Position numbers and translations under genes: made by a program. From Eledone cirrhosa (lineage: Eukaryota): a DNA stretch of 64,000 nt. Shown here one piece after another: positions 57,953 to 64,000 of the stretch (its first letter is position 1; each line of letters opens with the position of its first letter). The stretch spans positions 3,534,001 through 3,598,000 of the forward strand of contig OZ024750.1 in assembly GCA_964016885.1 (NCBI GenBank), written 5' to 3'. The notes beneath the pieces were generated by a model that saw only the letters and a list, made by a program, of their open reading frames with translations, was not told the origin of the DNA and did not search any database.

Positions 57953-59033
57953 GGCATATTGCTGGGTGTACCCCCCAAAAAATTGTCGGAAAATGTAATT
58001 ATTTTAGCCTGCCTGAGATCCTGTTACATCTCTTGCATGCCCATAGTTTGGATTTGGGACACAGGATGAAATTTCTACCGACTTCTTTCCTCCACACAGA
58101 GCAAGGTCATATGATATTTACGTTCAAATCTCACATGAACTCAACTTTACCTTTCATCCTTGGTGTCGAGGTGGGGATCCATAAAGTACCAGTTAAGTAC
58201 TGGAATTATTGATATAATCAATTAACCCCCTCCCCACAAATTTCTCAAATTTCTGGCTATGAGCCTATGTAAAAAAAAAACAATTTTTTTTAAAATCACA
58301 CTCTTGAGATTTTTAGGTTTAAAAGATTTATTGATTTCTACCACCTTTCCATTTTGTTTTTTTTTACTTTCTTGTAATTTTTTTACATTATTGAAAAATT
58401 TAGAAACTTGTTGCCAAGCATCTTAATATATATATATATATATATATAATGTTCAGTATCAGAAAATGTATCAATATTCATTATAGATAAATGAAGTCTC
58501 TTTCAGCACAAACTTTCTCCTATGTATTGAAACAACTTTTTTCTCAATATTTTTTCAAAGATTCCTGTTTATCTTACACCTTTCATCAATCAATTAATCA
58601 ATTATCAAACAATATTGTTGTTGTTGGTTTCTCAGTTTCTTTTTTTTCTCTTTTCTTTTTTTTTCGTTAATAAAAATTTTAAAGGTGTATAATTGCTTTA
58701 CTGGAATTGTATAATTCTATAGAAAAATTATAATCTGATTTTTTTTTCTATTTGAAGCTATCTAGGCTAGAATTTATTCTCTAGATCAAGCCTCCTTCTC
58801 TTGACAAACTTACACTACTTTACACCCAAACCTTACATAAGTCTCTGTTTCACTTCAAAACAAGATTTATACACCAGTATATACATTATATATTTTTTAA
58901 CATACATTTTCTCATGCTAGCATGTATGTAGTTGGTATTCCTATAGAATATGTTTGTTATATTGTTGTTTTGTGATATCATCTCACAAGGATCTGACATA
59001 AGCTTCATCTTGTATAGTTGCAAAAACTCCTTT

Positions 59034-59140
<107 letters not shown>

Positions 59141-59189
59141 CTCTTGTTCTCTCTTGTTCTCTCAACTTAATTTTGGCTACAGCTACTAT

Positions 59190-60030
59190 TGACACTGTAG
59201 CTGTCTTCCATAGACGTTGCCTTAGGATTTCTTGACATGACCACCACATCACAAATGAGGATGTCATGAAAAGGGTCTGGTTGAGTAGACTGTAGGATAC
59301 CATCACCATACGACAGCAGAAGATGCTTGGCTGTGTGCTACACATGTCCACAAAGAGACCAGTGAGGGCCTCCTTTGAATGGAAGCCAGAAGGTTGGTGT
59401 TGGAAACAAGGTAGACCCATCTAGTCCTGGTTGAGGGCCTCCTAAAGATGGTGTAGGAAACAAGGTAGACCCATCTAGTCCTGGTTGAGGGCCACCTAAA
59501 GATGGTGTAGGAAACAAGGTAGACCCATCTAGTCCTGGTTGAGGGCCTCCTAAAGATGGTGTAGGAAACAAGGTAGACCCGTCTAGTCTTAGTTGAGGGC
59601 CTCCTAAAGATGGTGTAGGAAACAAGGTAGACCCATCTAGTCCTGGTTGAGGGCCTCCTAAAGATGGTGTAGGAAACAAGGTAGACCCATCTAGTCCTGG
59701 TTGAGGGCCTCCTAAAGATGGTGTAGGAAACAAGGTAGACCCATCTAGTCCTGGTTGAGGGCCACCTAAAGATGGTGTAGGAAACAAGGTAGACCCATCT
59801 AGTCCTGGTTGAGGGCCTCCTAAAGATGGTGTAGGAAACAAGGTAGACCCATCTAGTCCTGGTTGAGGGCCTCCTAAAGATGGTGTTGGAAACAAGGTAG
59901 ACCCATCTAGTCCTGGTTGAGGGCCTCCTAAAGATGGTGTTGGAAACAAGGTAGACCCATCTAGTCCTGGTTGAGGTCAGTGGAGGAAAAACTGGCAGAC
60001 ATGGGTCTGCTTTGGTCAGGCTTATGACAA
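59190..60030 (+). mobile_element. LINE 3' remnant (RT C-terminal region) interrupted by the 54-bp minisatellite
   Basis: Translation LAVFHRRCLRIS*HDHHITNEDVMKR..RPVRASFEWKPEG..QGRP..SW, typical of LINE ORF2 ends. Confidence 0.7.
59395..59976. repeat. 54-bp minisatellite, ~11 near-identical copies
   Basis: AAAGATGGTGTAGGAAACAAGGTAGACCCATCTAGTCCTGGTTGAGGGCCTCCT; GGAAACAAGG recurs from 59402 to 59942 at a 54-bp period. Confidence 0.96.
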
Positions 60031-61432
60031 GGATAGATATGTGGATAGATATCTCTCGTTACCCAATACCCCATAAGGAGAAAAAGAAACTAATGGAGGT
60101 TTATCAATAGTAATTGAATCACGTAGATCATGTTTTCTCTAGCCACTATCAACACTAATTAAATCACTAAGATAACTATCAATTACATCCTGTTGGATAT
60201 CAACTGTTCATGGACTTATATTACACGTATGCTATTTTTACTAATACAATATATATACAGTGTTCAAACTTCTGGTCCTTTATCAACCTGCCACATATCT
60301 CCCCCTCCACTACACCTTCACCATATACATTATTCACTTGGTCTGAGTCGGTTAAAATTTCCCTTTTCTTTTTCTTTTGTACTTATGGATTATTTTCGTT
60401 GAGTTTTGGTTATTTTAAAGAATTTATTAACCCAGTTTTGTTTTTTTTAAATTATTGACCTGTTTAGTCATGTGGCTAAATTTCTGAGAAGATATTTACC
60501 TTTCTTTTCTTTTTTTTTGATATTTTCTTATCTTTAACTCTGATCCCTTGTCATGTTTGCAGTCCCTAACCTTGGGTGTTCACACAAAAATCCCTGTAAA
60601 AATTCTATTCATTAATTAAAAACTTTAAAAGTATGTAAATGGATAAATATTAGTGACCAGATTTCTGTTTTATCATGGCACCTTGTATAACTGTGTCCAT
60701 CAAATGAAAGGAAAAAATAAAATAACTGTTGTAGTTCTAGTATCATTGTGATCACTGTAACCATAGCTACATGACAAAATCGCTGTTGTTAATTAATTTC
60801 AACAGAAATTTATTATTATTATTCAGTAGTTGTCACTTTTGTCATGTTTATGTAAACCACCCTGTTAGTAATTATAGTAATTAATGTGTGAGCAAAATCA
60901 ATATATCAGCTTTTGACATGCAAACAGCTCTTTATGAATGTAAATCTCAAAGGAAGGCTATCCTATTGTCACCATCATCATCATCTTCTTAATCATCGTT
61001 TCATATCTATTTTCCACACTTGCAATGGGGCTGTCACATTATGAGGCTAGATAAGTCAGATGTCCATGTTTTGATCATATAATCCATTTTGGGCTTGGTT
61101 TTCGATGGCTGGTTGTCTTTACTTATGCCAGCCACCTTACAGCATGGACTGGGGCTTTTTCTTTTTGTTGCCCAGGCACTACCATCTTACAAGCTGGGCT
61201 TGGTGCTTTTTTTGTTGTTACACCGGTACTATCACCTTACAACATGAACTGGGGGGCTTTTTGTTTCGTTACCAGCACTGCCACCTGAGGTCAACATTGT
61301 TTTTCATCTTTTCAAGGTCAATAAAAAAAAGTACCAGTCTGATACTAGGGTTAATTCTTCCTTTGTATCTCTTTATCACTTCTTTTCTCTTACTCTCTAC
61401 CACCTTCTCTGGAACAAATTGGCTATGTTTAA

Positions 61433-61638
61433 CCCTTTACCATTTACATTACTCTATATTTGCTATTATATTTTCATGGTAAACACTTTATTTCACATAA
61501 TATCAAATCTACGAGATTTTATATTATTTATTTTGAGAACAATACTTTAATACAATTATGAGCAGCTGGTTATGGCCAGTTGGAGCAGAAAGAGTGAGAG
61601 AATTCTGTTCGGATACGGCCAGTTTAAATGCTAATAGG
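61433..61638 (+). mobile_element. piggyBac-type MITE (copy 8)
   Basis: TTAA|CCCTTTACCATTTA ... TAAATGCTAATAGG|TTAA. Confidence 0.84.
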
Positions 61639-62186
61639 TTAAAGGGGCCAAGGCATACAGTACGTCTTGACAGGGCCCCTATGGTTCCTTCAGGAGGTAT
61701 TCTCTAAAACATGTTTCCAACCCATGCAAGAGTGGAAAAACAGATGTAAAAACGAGAATATGATTTTGTTATAAACATTCCTTTTGAAAATGATTTCTTT
61801 ATTGACAGGTTATTGTGTCAGTAATGTCAACTGATATTTTAGCAGCCTTCTTTTCCTCTGTTCAGCATTAGAACAGTCTATTATGTTAAATGCAGTTATG
61901 TTTCTCAAGTTAATTCATTAAGAACAAGCAAAAACTTGAAAGGTATTGATTTTACTTGCATGATTAACATCAACATAAAATTTCACTTCTTTTTATAACA
62001 ACTTTCATGAGATGCTTTCAAATAATAGCCACTACATTAAAAAAACATTTTTTTATCAAGTACAAAATGTAAATCATCATCATCCTCATTTTAACATCTG
62101 CTTTCCCTGCTAGCAAGGGTTAGACAGGTCTATATAGACCAAGTCAGGGTTAGACAGGTCTAGATCTAGATAGACCAAGTCAGTAC

Positions 62187-62236
62187 TGAAGCGGTGGCTA
62201 CTGATCTCTAAGACAAGCCAGGAATCTGTCGTCCTG

Positions 62237-62282
<46 letters not shown>

Positions 62283-62525
62283 TATATAAGCCAGGGATCT
62301 GTCGTTCCTGTCACCAACCAATTTACAGTATGTACTGAGTGCATTTATAGTGTGGTGTCAGGAAGGATTTCCAGCTATAGAAAGCTTGCCAAACAAAGAG
62401 TTGGGGGGACCTTCAGTTGTGTCAAAAACATAACAATCTCCACTGTGTACTCAGTAGAACATGAAACCATAGATATGCAGGACAACAGATCCCTGGCTTG
62501 TCTGGGAGGTCAGTAGTCAACTTCA
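62187..62525. repeat. ~50-bp imperfect inverted repeat (62187-62237 / 62477-62525)
   Basis: AGACAAGCCAGGAATCTGTCGTCCTGC vs GCAGGACAACAGATCCCTGGCTTGTCT. Confidence 0.75.
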
Positions 62526-63759
62526 AATTCTACATAAATAAGGTTTGGATTCTTGCCTATTTCTCAGGCATAAAATAGTGGTGGGGTCAGCTTATATTTG
62601 AGTATATACAGTAAATATATAATTTCCTATGATCAATAAATAAATCACTAAACATCTTTGCAGCATTGCAGCAATAACCAAAGTAATAGAGAGGAGGGAG
62701 CTCCGTGAGATGGGGGTGGACATTGCAGCGAGTGTCTCTGACCATTCTCTGTAGTAACACTTGCTGTTTTGTCCGTGTAGCGCGGTTGAGGCACCGCTCA
62801 GACTGGAGTATAGCAACTTGCCCCTCCCCTTTTCCCTTTTTTTTTTCACTACTTAATCCTTTCTTTTTCTCTTTTTCATTTTTTTCTTCTTTTTTTGTTC
62901 CCTTTAATATTTTGTTTTGTGTTTTTATTAACTACTGTTCAATCATTTTTATATAATGTCAATGGCCTTCCTTGACATTGTGAAATTTTATATATTGAAT
63001 AAATTCTTTATCATTGACTGTTTTTTCCTCGGCTGAACCTTGATACATAAAGAAACAGCTGTCCTCACTACTTAAGATTATATTTGATCTATTGTCCCCT
63101 TTTTTTCTTAGTTCAACCTTATCCAACAAGTCATTTTAATGCTTAATTGAGACTCACAAGTAGAATATATATTTAGGATGTTTTAACATGTCTTCTTAAT
63201 CTGTTATTCGTGCGTAATTTATCAATATCAGAAAGATAAAAGTCTACCCACCTCAAAAGAAATTTAACCCAGATTTGTAAGATATTAAACCATTTATCAA
63301 TAATATGGTCTAGACTGCTTACATCTGCCCCTCTTCTTCTCCTGCATCATTCTGTCAGTTATGGCCATGGCTTATACCCATAGCCATCTTATCTTTGCTG
63401 AAGATATCTTAAGAATTAGAATGGATATGAGGTTGCACTATTTAAGCTATAAGAGATTAGTTTTAAAGAAATTTTCACTATTATGTTAACATGTTAACCA
63501 ACTGGCTCTTGGAAATATTTTGTTGGTTTACTAACCATTCAATGTTATTGAGATATCTTGAGGCCATGAAAATAATGAATAAATTTTACAGCTATATATA
63601 TAATATAATGGGTTTGTATTTTGAATAATACTAACAGTTATATCATTGAGGCTGTGTCAGTTCTCTTTGAATAGCTTTGTATACCTATATACATATGTAT
63701 ATTATTCTAATAATTTATTGGTGGCAATAATTTTAGCCTTTATGTGATCTTTATATTAA

Positions 63760-63966
63760 CTCTTTAGCATTTACATTACTCTGATATATACTATTGTATT
63801 TTCGCAGTAAAGGCTCTATCTCACATAATATCGAATCTGATATTATGATATTATTTATTTTGGGAGCAATACCTTAACATCAGTATGAGTGGTCAGTTAC
63901 AGCCGCTTTGAACAGAAAGAGGTGAGAGAATTCTGGCTGGATACGGCCAGTTTAAATGCTAAAGGG
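63760..63966 (+). mobile_element. piggyBac-type MITE (copy 9)
   Basis: TTAA|CTCTTTAGCATTTA ... TAAATGCTAAAGGG|TTAA. Confidence 0.85.
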
Positions 63967-64000
63967 TTAAATAAGAACTAGTTATATTCTTCTATATTGT

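Noticed and set aside
59338-59949. 203-aa Pro/Gly repeat ORF as a structural protein gene
   Set aside because: Antisense frame of a 54-bp VNTR inside a LINE remnant; TTG start and no splice or promoter support.

Overview
AT-rich, intron-containing eukaryotic DNA. The SINE repertoire (tRNA/CORE-type SINEs, (GAT)n-tailed RTE-like SINEs) and huge (TA)n tracts suggest a cephalopod such as Octopus; this is an inference. Two + strand protein genes are supported. The first is the last eight coding exons of a heme catalase (446-9885), ending in a PTS1-like -SNL. The second is the first coding exon of an AGPAT1/2-type acyltransferase (39181-39368), whose intron 1 appears to run past the window end. 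The rest is transposon debris (decayed piggyBac transposase; piggyBac-, hAT- and Tc1/mariner-type MITEs; RTE- and CRE-like LINE ends; SINEs), mini- and microsatellites, and a 200-N gap. I found no clear new multi-gene system. The best leads are: a non-canonical TTAAGT donor at a conserved catalase intron; a TTAA MITE family with every copy I found in one orientation; two hAT MITEs stacked on one 8-bp target; back-to-back perfect hairpins built from a SINE; SINE segments that repeatedly become tandem arrays; and several intronic inverted repeats. Repeat boundaries were read by eye and are approximate.
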